Shown: positions 35,621 through 49,579, counted from the stretch's first letter. The stretch is DNA of 64,000 bases from Squalus acanthias (GCA_030390025.1 CM059432.1:9300001-9364000), one strand, 5' to 3'. Program-made: numbers and translations. Notes: generated from the letters alone by a model not told the origin.

Positions 35621-35706
35621 CCTGTTGTAGTCCATACCATGGCAGAGATTCTCCAGGAATCGCTGGACCCTCTCACCCCCTTGCAACTTAGAAGCATTCA
35701 ACCTTA

Positions 35707-36479
35707 GGGCTGGATTTTGATACTGGGGCGGGTTGGGGTCGTGTCATCCACTTTTCGTGTTATCCACCCGACTGCAATTGGATGTGGGAGATTGATGCGA
35801 TTTTCACCTAATTGGGCAATTGAGTTCCAGCATGTGGGAACCCATGAACCAATTAGTGTTTTCAGTCTGAAAGTCGCCTCTGATGATGTCATCATTGCTG
35901 CTGCATTGAAGGTCTTCAGAGACTGCCTGGCCTTTGCTGTGAGAGGACCTGGATGCAAAATGAGCAGTAGCAGTCCTAAGTCTGCTCCCAGATATTGAGA
36001 GAGAGAAAGAGAGAGAAGAGAGAGAGATATGCAAAGACGCAAAGACTGGCCTTTGCTGTGAGAGGACCTGAAGGCAAAATGAGCAGCCCTAGGTCTGCTC
36101 CCAGATATTTTCCTACTACTACTACTTCTCCGTTCTAATAGTAATAGTGGACCTGCAGCTGATAGTCAGCTTTCGAAATGTGTTACCGCCAGGTTTCACA
36201 ATCGTGGTTCAGACCAGGCGTGCTTCACGTAGAACAAGGGTTAAAATCACAAAGGCCTTTCAAAATGGCATTATAGAGCCAATTTAGTGCTTGTTAAGGG
36301 CCTTAACAGCCTATCCCACCTCTTAAAGGCGGGACGGAGTCGGGACCAGCAGACACGATTTAATGAAAATTGTGTGGAGGCGGGATGGAGGCGGACTTGT
36401 GCCCGCCCGCCAGTTTTTGCAATTTTAACCCCCCACACGCCTCCAAACCCGCCTCCACGTGTCAATGAAAATCCAGCCC
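35707..36479. mobile_element. Harbinger-type MITE, 773 bp, 12-bp TIR
   Basis: gggctggatttt ... aaaatccagccc; internal ~65-bp direct duplication flanking (GA)n; flanks tta/aaa do not form a perfect TSD. Confidence 0.7.
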
Positions 36480-37392
36480 AAAGAGGATGAAGGCACATAG
36501 AGGAAGCCAGAGATGGGGAGGTCATAGAGCAGGTTCTCTTCCCTTCTCATACTATTGTAGCAAAACATAACCTGTCAGCAAACTAGATTACGATACCCTC
36601 ATGTCGCTCCTATTGAAAGTCATGTGCAAACTCTATGGGGAACCATAGTCCTCGAAAACCGGTAGTTAAAATCGACCGTGGTACTTACCTGCCGAGGGCA
36701 GATTCTCTTCCCACAGGTTCCCATTTTAACCTGCTGTTCTGAGCAGGCGGGAAGGGACCTTCTTTCAATATGCAGATTGGGCTCCAATGATGCCACACCT
36801 TTCCCAACCAATCATCGCGCTTCCTGTGCCCCAGGAAACTGGTGCGGGGAATGATATGAGAGCGCACTCCTTGACTGCAAAGTTGGCCCCTGCTAGTTGT
36901 ACAGTTGTACTTGAAGGGACTCGCTTAATAAAGAAAAGTGGGAAACTTTGTTATTTGACTTTTAAAGCATTTTTGATGAGATAGTGGCATTGGTAAATAG
37001 ATCCCACGCCTCCTTCCATATTCTGTTATCACTGCAGAGCTTCCAGCCCAATAGGAAATGCTTCCCAATCTCAGGGTAAAACACTCGCTGAAAGGCATTA
37101 TTTATCATACACAAGATTATCTCACACTAGAACCTTCAAAGATCTGCCAATCTTACAATAGTTTGAGGCTTCAAAGCCAAGTAAGGAAGAGCTGGATAAT
37201 GTGTTATTTAAACGTTGTGAGGGTAGAGTTTGTGCTCTGGGCGCAATCGGGAAATTGCGCAGCAAATTTAAAGGTACTGTGTGTGCAGCAAATTTAAAGG
37301 TACCGTGCACAAAACAAAAATTTAGAGAGAACATTGGTGTCCAGTTCTCCACCCGTGAGAGCCCTGATTTAAAATCACTGAAAAAATGTTAT

Positions 37393-37808
37393 TTTTTAGC
37401 TCACGGGATGTGGGCGTCGCTGGCAAGGCCAGCATTTATTGCCCATCCCTAATTGCCCTTGCGAAGGAGGTGGTGAGCCGCCTTATACAACTGAGTGGCT
37501 TGCTAGGCCATTTCAGAGGGCAGTTAAGAGTCAACCACATTGCTGTGGGTCTGGAGTCACATATAGGCCAGACCAGGTAAGGGCAGCAGATTTCCTTCCC
37601 TAAAGGACATTAGTGAACCAGATGGGTTTTTACAACAATCATGTTCATGAATCACCATTACTGATACTAGCTTTTTTTTTTCCAGATTTATTTATTAGCT
37701 GAATTTAAATTCCCCAGCTGGTAAGTATTTGAACTCATTGCCTCAGGATTATTAGTCCAAACCTCTGGATTACTAGCCCAGTGACATAACCACTACGCTA
37801 CTGCACCC
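37393..37808 (-). mobile_element. LF-SINE-like SINE, near full length
   Basis: Reverse complement of the 35184-35542 family with a complete tail. Confidence 0.82.
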
Positions 37809-38064
37809 AATGACTAAACAACTCTATACTGGACCATTTAATAGTTTCTTTGGTGTACACTAGTCAGTTTCTTAGTAAATTAAATATTTTTTGATGTGAA
37901 AAATCTTTTAAAACATGCCGACTGGAGCCTGTGCGCCTCAGACAATGAGCCCAATTTCAAGAGCCTTCCCGAACCAGCGCTATCAGCGGAATCTCGCAAT
38001 GTCCACCTGGGGGGGGGGGGGCCGTGGCCAGTTCTGTGGGCGGGGCCTGATCCGTGCGAATTGA

Positions 38065-39280
38065 ATCTGAGAAGGTGCAAAAAAAGATTTACTAGAATGA
38101 TACCATGACTGAGAGGTTATACCGATCAGGAAAGATTGAAAGCAGGCTGGGGCTCGTTTCTCTAGAAAAGAGAAGACTGATAGAGGACTACCAATTATTG
38201 TGAATGGGTCTGATAGGGTAGACGTAGAGAAGATGGTTCCACTTGCGGGTGAGACCAGAACTAGGAGTCATCAATATAAGATAGTCATTAATAAATCCAA
38301 TAGGGAGTTCAGGAGAATCTTCTTTACCCAGAGAGTGGTGAGAATGTGGAACTCGCTACCACAGGGAGTGGTTGAGGCAACTAGCATGGATACATTTAAG
38401 AGGAAGGTAGATAAACACATGAGGGAGAAAGGAATAGAAGGTTATGTTGATGGGGTGAGATGAAGAAGGGTGGGAGGAGGGTCATGTGGAGCACAAACAC
38501 CGACATGGACCAGTTGGGTCGAATGGCCTGTTTCTGTGCTGGACATTCTACGTAAGTCTTTAAATCCTTGTTGTCTTTGACACCATACACCATATTGGAA
38601 ATTGTTTCGAGTTTGAACTGCAGAATAAATTTACTAAGCTGTAATAGAATGGTCAAATCGTAGCAATAACAACAACAGCAACTGACATTTTATATAGTGC
38701 TTTTAACGCAGGCAAAGTCTCAATAGAATCATTAAGCGTACAGCACAGAAGGAGGCCATTCGGCCCATTGTGCCTGTGCCGGCCATCTTAAAGAGCTATC
38801 ATTTAGTCCCACTCCCCTGCTCTTTCCTCATAGCCCTGCAAATTTTTCCTTGTTAATTATATATCTATCCTATTCCCTTTTGAAAGCTCCTATTGAATTT
38901 GCTTCAAACAGCAGTCCAAACTATAACAAATTGCTGAGTAAAAAAAATTCTCCTCATCTCCCCCCCGGCTTTTTACCAGATCATATTAAACCTGCATCCT
39001 TTGGTTAATGACCCTCCTGCCAGTGGAAATAGTTTCTCCTCATCTACTCTACTAAATGCCTTCATAATTTTCTATTAAATCTCCCCTCAACCTTCTCTCT
39101 GCTCTAAGGAGAACAATCCCAACTTCTCTAGTCTCTCCACATCACTGAATTCCTTCATCTCTGGTACCATTCTGGTAAAACCCGCGCTGCACCCTCTTCA
39201 AGGCCTTGACATCCTTCATGAATTGCAGTGCCCAGAATTGGACACAATACTGAGGCCTAACCAGCGGTTTATAAAGTTTT
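38065..39280. mobile_element. CR1 fragments (+ 38065-38555; - 38720-39280)
   Basis: CR1 ORF2 C-terminal motifs and tails. Confidence 0.85.
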
Positions 39281-39509
39281 ACCATTCTGGTGTTCAGCTC
39301 GACAAGTTGACAGACAATCTCTATTGAGCCACTTGTCATTTAATATTGTCCTTTCTTGCAGACTTACTCAGATTTGCCATATTCTAAAATGACCTGTACA
39401 AAGGCAATTTTTCTCAGTTAGCAAAGTAAACTCCATCAGGTGGACATATGCTTGTGCCTCCAATTCATGGCCATTCGAATGAAAGAAAATCCTTTATTAT
39501 TTGAGGAAT

Positions 39510-40720
39510 GGTAGGAAGAACAAGGAGAGGTAATATAAACTAAAGGGTGCAATTCTAAAGGGTGCATGAACAGAGAGACCTGGGGGTATATGTGCACAAA
39601 TCGTTGAAGGTGGCAGGGCAGGTTGAGAAAGTGGTTAAAAAAGCATACGAGATCCTGGGCTTCATAAATAGCGGAATAGAGTACATAAGAAATAAGAGCA
39701 GGAGTCGGCCATTTGCCCCTTCGAGCCTGCTCTGCCGTTCAATAAGATCATGGCTGATCTTCTACCTCATCTCCACTTTTCTGCACTATCCCTATATCCC
39801 TTGAGTCCCTTAATATTGAAAAATCTCTGTCTTGAATATACTCAACGACTGAGCCTCCACAGCCCTCTGGGGTAGAGAATTCCAAAGATTCACCACCCTC
39901 TGAGTGAAGAAATTTCACCTCATCTCAGTCCGAAATGGCCGACCCCTTATCCTGAGACTGTGACCCCCTGGTTCTAGACTCCCCAGCCAGGGGAAACATC
40001 CTCCCTGCATCTACCCTGTCAAGCCCTGTAAGAATTTTGTATGTTTCAATGAGATCACCTCTCATTCTTCTAAACTCTAGAGATTATAGGCTGAGTCTAC
40101 TCTACTAATACAAAAGCAAGGAAGTTATGATGAACCTTTATAAAACACTGGTTCGGCCTCAACTGGAGTATTGTGTCCAATTCTGGGCACCGCACTTTAG
40201 GAAGGGTGCGATGGCCTTAGAGAAGGTGCAGAAAAGATTTACAAGAATGGTTCCAGGGATGAGGGACTTCAGTTACGTGGATAGACTGGAGAATCTGGGG
40301 TTGTTCTCCTTAGAGCAGAGAAGGTTGAGAGGAGATTTGATAGAGGTGTTCAAAATCATGAGGGGTCTGGACAGAGTAGATAGAGAGAAACTGTTTCCAT
40401 TGGCAGAAGGGTCAAGAACCAGAGGACACAGATTTAAGGTGATTGGCAGAAGAACCAAAGGCAAAATAAGAAAAAACTTTTTTACGCAGCGAGTGGTTAT
40501 GATCTGGAATGCACTGCCTGAAAGGGTGGTGGAGGCAGACTCAATCGTGGCTTTCAAAAGGGAATTGGATAAGTACCTGAAGGAAAAAATTTGCAGGGCT
40601 ACGGGGAAAGGGCGGGGGAGTGAAACTAGCTGAAGTGCTCTTGCAGAGAGCCGGCACGGGCTCGACGGGCCGAATGGCCTCCTTCTGTGCTGTCACCATT
40701 CTATGATTCTAGGATTCTAA
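39510..40720 (+). mobile_element. CR1 LINE with an antisense CR1 (39684-40105) nested in it
   Basis: ORF 39562 (HEQRDLGVYVH..IEY) resumes at 40108 (YKSKEVMMNLYK..., ORF 40127-40633). Confidence 0.92.
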
Positions 40721-42412
40721 CATTTTCCAACAGGATGATTTACACCGACACTTCAATTCAATTCCTTAAATTGTTTATTCTGTAATCTGTATTTAAATTT
40801 TGTATATTAATGATAAAACTGCACATAATTTTGAAAGAAAAATATTTTTTACATGTTTAGAAGGCTTGTAATTGTAGTTGTTCACAGTAGAGATATAATT
40901 CTTCAACAATTGTAACTTTCAAAAAGAGAATTGGATAAACACTTGAAGGGGAATCATTTTACAGGGCTACGGGGAAAGAGCGGGGGAGTGGGACTAATTG
41001 GATCGCTCTTTCAAAGAGCCGGCACAGGCACGATGGGCCGAATGGCCTCTTTCCGTGCTGTATCATTCCATGATTCTATGACTCCCTCATTGATCATGCT
41101 AGATTTCAGAACAAAATGATTTTGTGGAGGAATGCAGACAATGGGATAACCATCCAGTCCATCTGGAGATGTTAGTAAGCACATGGGTGGTTGAGAAAGA
41201 AGAATGAGTGTTTCCAAATCTTTCTTCATCATTTTCTTGGAATCTTGCAGACTGCGGGTCCCCTGTTGACATTGCTTTCACATTCTCATGCAAGTTGAAC
41301 TTCATTAACATAAGACTGACAGGACTGCTGACTGGAAGTGCTTGGGGGGGGAAAAAAGTGAAATGCAGTGAATTATTAACAGTGCTACAACGGGCCAAGC
41401 CGGCACACGTCTCAACATGAAATCTGCTTTGCGATTCATGCACTGCACTGAATGCTTCGTTTGAAAAGATGTTACGTGGTAAGTGAAGCCATTTAAAAGG
41501 CCGGCGATCAGATGAGTGGCTTTTAATTCAGCTGGAGTCTCGATATGCTATTCCAGCCTACGCGTAGCTCGGTGGTGTGGCTTTCTGCTCCGGGCTTTGG
41601 AGTTACCCATGAAGCCTTTTGCAGGATTTGCTTCCGAACCGCAGAATGGTCGCAGGGGAGTGGTTTAACATTCTGTCTGTCAGGCACCTCAACACACGAG
41701 TCTATGCAAATCGCAGATGGTGCAGTCCAGGGGTACAACCACTGGGGATTGCAGCTACGACGGGCTTGTGTTCACCTTGTCCCCACTGAGCTAACCTTGC
41801 ACAGTAATGCAGGGTCACCGCATCGAAATATTTGAATCGGCCTCCCAGCAATTGGCTTGTGATGTAATGTGAATACTGCAGGATGGGGAGGGCCGGTGGG
41901 AGGGGCGGCGGGGCTTTTCAGTAGCAGAAGCTATTAAAGAGCTGCTGGCTGCCCTAAAAACACCACCACTCCTTCTTTTAACCCTTTGGGGCACAATGAC
42001 CCCCTTGGTGCTTGGGTCTTTGGAGGCTGAAGGAGGAAAGACCGTCGTCAAAGAGGGTTGGCCATCACAAGGTTATTTGGGATTGAAAATTGGAAATAGA
42101 AAATAGTGACAGCGGGTTGCATGTTGAACATTGACATTTTGCAGGTGCCTAGTATTGAAAGTACACGAGTGGCAACAGGAAGAGAGGGAGCACTAGAGGA
42201 AATAGTGACAAGTGGGCAGACACTACTTATTGGCACTGAGGTGCAGGAGGACCTGCCCATTTTCAGGAGGTTTTTTTCTCATTGTAGCAGAAGAAACATA
42301 TCTTTTGGCTTATCCAATGCTCCAATTAGGGTTCATGTCCTCAGGAATTAAATCACAGAAAGTTACTGATAGATACTACATATGGCAGTCCTGTTTCTGG
42401 CACTGTCTACTT

Positions 42413-44490
42413 AGAACATAAGAATATAAGAAATAGGAGCAGGAATAGGCCGCTTGGCCCCTCGAGCCTGCTCCGCCATTCAATAAGATCATGGCTGATC
42501 TTGGGCTCAAATCCACTTCCCCACCCGCTTCCCATAACCCTTCACTCCTTATCTTGCAAAAATCTGTCCATCTCCACCTTAAATGTATTTAATGACCCAG
42601 CCTCCACAGCTCTCTGGGGCAGAGAATTCCACAGATTTACGACCCTCTGAGAGAAGAAATTCCTCCTCATCTCAGTTCTAAAAGGGCGACCCTTTATTCT
42701 GAAACTGTACCCCGCTTTCTAGATTTCCCCACGAGGGGAAACATCCTCTCTGCATCTACCTTGTCGAGCCCCCTCAGTATCTTATATGTTTCAATAAGAT
42801 CACCTCTCATTCTTCTAAATTCCAATGAGTATAGGCCCAGCCTGCTCAACCTTTCCTCATAAGTCAACCCCCACATCTCTGGAATTAACCTAGTGAATCG
42901 TCTCTGAACTGCCTCCGATGCAAGTATATCCTTCCTTAAGAAAGGAGACCAAAACTGTACGCAGTACTCAAGGTGTGGTCTCACCAATACCCCGTACAGT
43001 TGTAGCAGGACTTCCCTGCTTTTATACTCCAACCCCCTTGAAATAAAGGCCAGCATTCCATTTGCCTTTTTGATTACTTGCTGTACCTGCATGCTAACTT
43101 TTTGTGTTTCATGCACAAGGACCCCCAGGTCCCTCTGAACTGTAGCATTTTGTAATCTCTCTCCATTTAAATAATAATTTGTTTTTTTATTTTTCCTGCC
43201 AAAGTGCATAACCTCACACTTTCCCACATTATACTCCATCTGCCAAATGTTTGCCCATTCACTTAGTCTGTCTATATCCCTTTGCAGGTTCTTTGAGTCC
43301 TCTGCACATCTTGCTTTCCCACCCATCTTTGTATCATCCGCAAACTTGGCTACATTACACTCGGTCCCTTCATCCAAGTCATTAATGTGGATTGTAAATA
43401 GTTGAGGCCCCAGCATTGATCCCTGTGGCACCCCACTAGTTACCGTTTGCCAACCGGAAAATGACCCATTTATCCCGACTCTCTGCTTTCTGTTAGTTAG
43501 CCAATTCTCTATCCATGCTAATATATTACCCCCAATTCCATGAGCTCTTATATTATGCAGTAACCTTTTATGTGGCACCTTATCAACTGCCTTCTGGAAA
43601 TCCAAATACACCACATCCACTGGTTCACTTTTGTCCACCCTGCTCGTTACCTCCTCAAAGAACTCCAGCAAATTTGTTAAACATGATTTTCCTTTCATAA
43701 AACCATGTTAACTCTGCTTGACTGCATTATGATTTTCCAAATGCCCTGCTACTGCTTCCTTAATGAAGGACTCCAGCATTTTCCCAACGACAGATGTTAG
43801 GCTAACAGTCTATAGTTTCCTGCTTTCTGTCTCCCTCCTTTCTTAAATAGGGGTGTTACATTTGCGGTTTTCCAATCCGCTGGGACCTCTCCAGAGTCCA
43901 GGGAATTTTGGTATATTGCAACCAATGCATCCACTATCTCTGCAGCCACTTCTTTTAAGACCCTGGGATGCAGGCCATCTGGTCCAGGAGACTTGTCATC
44001 TTTTAGTCCCATTATTTTACCAAGTACTATTTCCTTAGTGATAGTGATTGTCTTTAGTTCCCCCCTCCCTGTGGCCCCTTGATTATCCATTATTGGGATG
44101 TTGTTAGTGTCTTCTACCGTGAAGACAGATACAAAATATTTGTTCAGAGTCTCTGCCATTTCCCCGTTCCCCATTATTAATTCCCCAGTCTCATCCTCTA
44201 AGCGACCAACGTTTACTTTAGCTACCCTCTTCCTTTTTATATATCTGTCGAAGCTCTTACTATCTGTTTTAATGTTTCTTGCCAGTTTACTCTTATAATT
44301 GATCTTCTCTCTCTTTATTATTTTTTTAGTCATCCTTTGCTGGTTCTTAAAAATTTCCCAATCCTCTGGTCTCCCACCAATCTTGGCAACATTGTATGCC
44401 TTCATTTTCAATTTGATACCATCCTTTACTTCCTTAGTTAGCCACGGATGGTGCTCCCTTCTCTTAAAATCTTTCTTTCTCACTGGAATA
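42413..44490 (-). mobile_element. CR1 LINE, ~2.1 kb, RT to 3' tail
   Basis: ORFs 43797-44495 and 42694-43698 (GVPQGSMLGP, KFADDTK, RPHLEYCVQFW). Confidence 0.96.
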
Positions 44491-45724
44491 TGCATGCTGC
44501 TATTAAGTGCAAATGTTCTCCCTCCTTAACGCATTTTCCTAATGTGCTAAAGAGTTAAGTTATGAGGACAGCTTGCATAGACTAGGCTTGTGTTCCCTTG
44601 AGTATAGAAGTTTAAGAGGTGGTTTAATTAAGGTGTGTAAGATGATTAAAGGATTCGATAGAGTAGATAGAAACTATTTCCTCTGGTGCGGGAGTACAGA
44701 ACAATGCCTTAAAATTAGAGCTAGGCCGTTCAGGGGTGATGTCAGGAAGCACTTCTTCACACAAAGGGGAGTGGAAATCTGGGATCTGCTTCCCCAAAAG
44801 CTGTTGCGGCTGGGGGTCAATTGAACATTTCAAAACTGAGATTGATAGATTTCTGTTAGGCAAGGGCATTAAGGGTTATGGAACCAAGGTGGGGAGATGG
44901 AGTTAAGATACAGATCAGCCATGACCTAATTGAATGGCAGAGCAGGCTCGAGGGGCTGTATAGCCTACTCCTGTTCCTATGTTCCTATGAGCCATCCACC
45001 TCCTAGTTTTGATGGGTACGGTACTGGTGTCCATGATCTACCTGCTGCTGTAAATGAGAGGGCAGAGCTGGATAACCGCTGCGGCTTATGGTTTCTTCTG
45101 ATTGGAGTGGACTTCCTGGATCTTCTGCCCTTTCATCAGTGCCTTCTATGCTCGAAATGCTGCGGTGTTTCTATTATCAGAGGCAGCCCTCGAAGCCACT
45201 TGTGCTGTGCCTGCACCTGACACAAAGCTCCAGCTGATATTTTGGGCGCACTTGTGCCTGTGCCCATGAGCTGTTGTCAGAGGGCATTTCCTCAGGAGGT
45301 CAACTCATCTGACAGAGAATGGAACAGAGCACATTTCTTAAGTTCCTGAACTCATAGAGTTACTTTGAGCCTACAGCACAGAAGCAGGCCATTCGGCCCA
45401 ACTGGCCCATGCCGGTGTTTATGCTCCACACGCGCCTCCTCCCACCCCTCTTCATCTCACCCTATCAGCATACTCTTCCATTCCTTTCTACCTCATGTAC
45501 TGATCTAGCTTCCTCTTAAATTCATCTCTGTTATTCGCCTCAACTATTCCCTGTGGTAGCGAGTTCCACATTCTAACCACTCTCTGGGTAAAGAAGTTTC
45601 TCCTGAATTCCCCGTTGTATTTATTAGTATTCCCTCAACAGATGCTTGTGACCCAACTTTGATGGATTTAATGGTGCAGCTTATCATAGTGATTACGGCA
45701 ATTCTGAATGATGCTGTTGCCTCA

Positions 45725-46357
45725 CCAATACTGTGGCAACAAGAGCAGCTCAGAGGCTGGGTATTCTGCGGCGAGTGTCTCACCTCCTGACTCCATAAAG
45801 CCTTTCCACCATCTACAAGGCACAAGTAAGGAGTGTGAGGGAATACTCTCCACTTGCCTGGATGAGTGCAGCTCCAACAACACTCAAGAAGCTCGACACC
45901 ATCCAGGACAAAGCAGCCCGCTTGATTGGCACCCCATCCACCACCTTCAACATTCACTCCCTGCACCACCGGCGTACCGTGGCTGCAGTGTGTACCGTCT
46001 ACAAGATGCACTGCAGCAACTCGCCAAGGCTTCTTCAGCAGCACCTCCCAAACCCGCGACCTCTTCCACCTAGAAGGACAAGGGCAGCAGGCGCAAGGGA
46101 ACACCACCACCTCCAAGTTCCTCTCCAAGTCACACACCATCCTGACATAGAAGTATATCGCCGATCCCTTCATCGTCGCTGGGTCAAAATCCTGGAACTC
46201 CCTCCCTAACAGCACTGTGGGAGTACCTTCACCACACGGACTACAGCGGTCGAAGAAGGCAGCTCACCACCACCTTCTCGAGGGGCAATTAGGGATGGGC
46301 AATAAATGCTGGCCTTGCCAGCGACGCCCACATCCTATAAACTAATTTAAAAAAAAA
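45725..46357 (+). mobile_element. Longest copy of the CR1-group LINE that shares its tail with LF-SINE
   Basis: ORF 45835-46209 EYSPLAWMSAAPTTLKKLDTIQDKAARLIG...HSLHHRR is an RT C-terminus distinct from HER1-CR1 and L2; it ends in the LF-SINE-type tail. Confidence 0.85.
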
Positions 46358-46644
46358 GTTGCCACAGGAATAGAGTCAAAAGACTTCTCTGTGTTTCCAG
46401 TTATCCTCTTTTAGCCCAAGGACCCCAGGTAGAGGGTGCACTGGGATCTCCTGTCCTGCACATGCTATTCCTAATTAGTGCCAAGCGCCTTGAGACATTT
46501 TACTACGTAACAGGCACTACATAAATGCAAGTTGTTGTTGTTGCTGCTGTCTGATATCCAATGCTTCCTCGTGCCACTCACTCCTGTAAATCCTTAAATG
46601 AGCTGCTATTCGGTGAAAATTTAAGTGGTAACACGAGGTGCTAA

Positions 46645-47080
46645 TCTAGGCCTATATTCTCTAGAGTTTAGAAGAATGAGAGGTGATCTCATTGAAATGT
46701 ATAAAATTCTTAAGGGGCTTGACAGGGTAGATGCTGAGAGGCTGTTTCCCCCGGCTGGGGAGTCTAGAACTAAGGGTCACAGTCTCAGGATAACGGTTCG
46801 ACCATTTAGGACTGAGATGAAGAGAAATTTCTTCACTCAAATCTTGTGAATCTTTGGAATTCTCTACTCCAGAGAGCTGTGGAGGCTGAGTCTTTGAGTA
46901 CATTCAAGACAGAGATTGATATATTTTTGGATATTAAGGGAATCAAGGGATATGCGGATAGTGCAGGGAAGGTGGAGTTGAGGCAGAAGATCAGCCATGA
47001 TCTCATTGAATGGCGGAGCAGGCTCGAGGGCCCGAATAGCCAACTCCTGCTCCTATTTCTTATGTTCCTATGTTTTTATG
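46645..47080 (+). mobile_element. CR1 3' fragment
   Basis: [17 protein letters not shown] plus tail. Confidence 0.9.
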
Positions 47081-47606
47081 TGCTCTGGTGTAGTGTACTG
47101 CTCTGGTATCTCTACTGTCTGCAAAGAGAGTTCCAGATACATTGCTGAGTGAATTAGCGCACTTCGCCGATTCACTATTGTCTTTGAAAGTAATGATCAG
47201 AAAAACTGTTCTCAGTGTGAGAGTGTAGACAGTTTGACGTTGCCGGCTCCAAAAAATAAAACCAAGAGAAGTTAGCACGATATGAATACATTGCAGGTGG
47301 GGTACTCCACCCTGTCACCTCTTGTAAGGGAGAGTCCTCAACCTTCTCCATGTCAGTGAAGGTCATGACCTGTGTTCAAAGGCTGTCAGGAGCTTCATTA
47401 TGATGGACCCTGTTACTGAACACCAGTGACATGAGTTGACATTACTGCCGAGGGCTGTAAAGCAAAACTGCTGTATTGCTACATCCGATCCCATTGAAAA
47501 TAAGAAGCATCACTTTCATTCGGGCATCTTCACACAATAATTTGTGTCAGTACTGGTCTGATGAATTCTTCAAATGAAGACGTTTAGAAAACCTAAAGAA
47601 GTCACA

Positions 47607-47872
47607 CAGGACTGAGATGAGGAGAAGTTTCTTCACTCAGAGGCTGGTGAATCTTTGGAATTCTCTACCCCAGACGGCTGTGGATGCTCAGTCGTTGAGT
47701 ACATTCAAGACTGAGATCGATAGATTTTTGGACTCTAGGGGAATCAAGGGATATGGGGATCGGGTGGGAAAGTGGAGTTGAGGTCAAAGATCAGCCATGA
47801 TCCGATTGAATGGTGGAGCAGGTTCGAGGGGCCGTATGTCCTACTCCTGCTCCTATTTCTTATGTTCTTATG
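47607..47872 (+). mobile_element. CR1 3' end
   Basis: aggactgagatgaggagaa through the cttatgttcttatg tail. Confidence 0.9.
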
Positions 47873-47996
47873 TCACATCTGAATATATTCATACAATCCA
47901 TAGTAAAGGCTGCAGCCGTCACAGATTCATTCTGCATTACCTTAAAGGCTATGCCTCAGCCTTGGCACTTCTTCCTAACCACCTTCCAGGATCTTT

Positions 47997-48712
47997 AGTT
48001 TAGGGAGGGAATTCCAGAGCTTCGGGCCTCGGCAGCTGAAGGCACGGCCGCCAATGGAGCGATTAAAATCAGCGGGTCTCAAGAGGCCAGAATTAAAGGA
48101 ACGCAGATATCTCGGGGGGTTTGTGGGGCTGAAGGAGATTGCAGAGATAGGGAGGGGGCGAGGCCATAGAGAGATTTGAAAACAAGGATGAGAATTTTAA
48201 AATCGAGGCGCTGCTTAACCGGGAGCCAATGTAGGTCAGCGAGCACAGGGGTGATGGACGAACGGGAGTTGGTGCGAGTTAGGACACGGGGCAGCCGAGT
48301 TTTGGATGAGCTCAAGTTTACGGATGGTAGAATGTGGGAGGCCAGCCAGGAGTGCGTTGGATTCGTCGAGTCTAGAGGTAACAAAGGCATGGATGAGGGT
48401 TTCAGCAGCAGATGAGCTGAGGTAGGAGGCGGAGTCGGGCGATGCTACGGAGGTGGAAGTAGGCGGTCTTGGTGATGGAGAGGATATGGGTCAGGCTCAG
48501 GATCAAATAGGATGCCAAGGTTGCGAACAGTCTGGTTCAGCCTCAGACAGTTGCCAGGGAGAGGGATGGAGTCGGTGGCTAGGGAACAAGTTTGTGATGG
48601 GTACCAAAGACAATGGCTTCAATCTTCGCAATATTTAATTGGAGGGAATTTCTGCTCATCCAGTACTGGATGTTGGACAAGCAGTCTGACAAATCAGAGG
48701 CAGTGGAGGGGT
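47997..48712 (-). mobile_element. L2 LINE fragment
   Basis: Homologous to 7385-8045 plus 9299-9350 (LADLHWLPVKQRLDFKIL). Confidence 0.9.
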
Positions 48713-48833
48713 CAAGCTGATGCCAAAAAAAAGCATGCATGAAAAGGAGTTCTTCCATATTAAGTTGCCTGGGACCGGAGGGAGCTGCAAGGTGACCTAG
48801 AGAGTCTCATTGTAGGCAGCAAGTGAAGATAAA

Positions 48834-49579
48834 GGCCCAGGTTTTCTTGGAACAGGGCATCTCAGGTGCCCTGTTAGTCAGACATTTTCCCTCACCCTTC
48901 AGCTCAAATAATCTTTGCCCTGCAAGTTGCTGGAAGTGTGGACTGATCACGAGGGCAACAGGGCATCTGGGACCTGAGTGAACAACTGGATCAACAGTCC
49001 ATCTCCTTAACCAATGAGATTTAAGAATTGAGAAAGAAACCGAGGAACGACAGAGAAGGAAGTAGGGTGAATAAGAATCAGATACAGAAAGAGAAATAAA
49101 GAGAAGGAAAGAAAGATTAGATTAAGAGAATGGAGGAAAAAAGAGACAGTAAGAAAAGTTAAAAGAAAATGTAAACATTTAAAAAATCTCTAACAACAAT
49201 TTACTACCTGCTGGAATGAGACTCCACAGTTTAAACTGTTCCCTTTCTGGGCTGGAGAGTTTGAGTGGCATTGGAGGAACATAAATCTCCTCATTAAAAA
49301 GGTACTTACGCTGTTAAGTACCAGCCCAAGCTTTCGGCAGCGAGTTTAATGGGTAATTAATTCGCAAATGCAGGAATTTCTTGAAGCTCACGGGGAGGTT
49401 GAGGGCGAGCTGCCGTTTGCGCGAGGCTGACGGCGGAGCGGCGCAACTCGTCCAGCAACTGGTGGCAGTTCGCAACTCACGGGGCAGCTCTTCCTCGCCA
49501 CAAGTCGCAGGCCGATTTACACATGAATAACGACGAGCAACATTAAACTCGACGTCACTTTGGCAGCAAAATCTGGGCC
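48834..49579. mobile_element. Harbinger-type MITE, 746 bp, TIR ggcccag(g/a)tttt, 3-bp TSD AAA
   Basis: aaa|ggcccaggtttt ... aaaatctgggcc|aaa. Confidence 0.8.

Noticed and set aside
35806..35938. Exon-like open frames on the minus strand
   Set aside because: They lie inside the TIR-bounded MITE 35707-36479.
36684..36890. Strong minus-strand splice donor (cag|gtaagta) with short ORFs
   Set aside because: The context resembles a Harbinger-type MITE end (aaagttggcccc); no protein similarity recognised.
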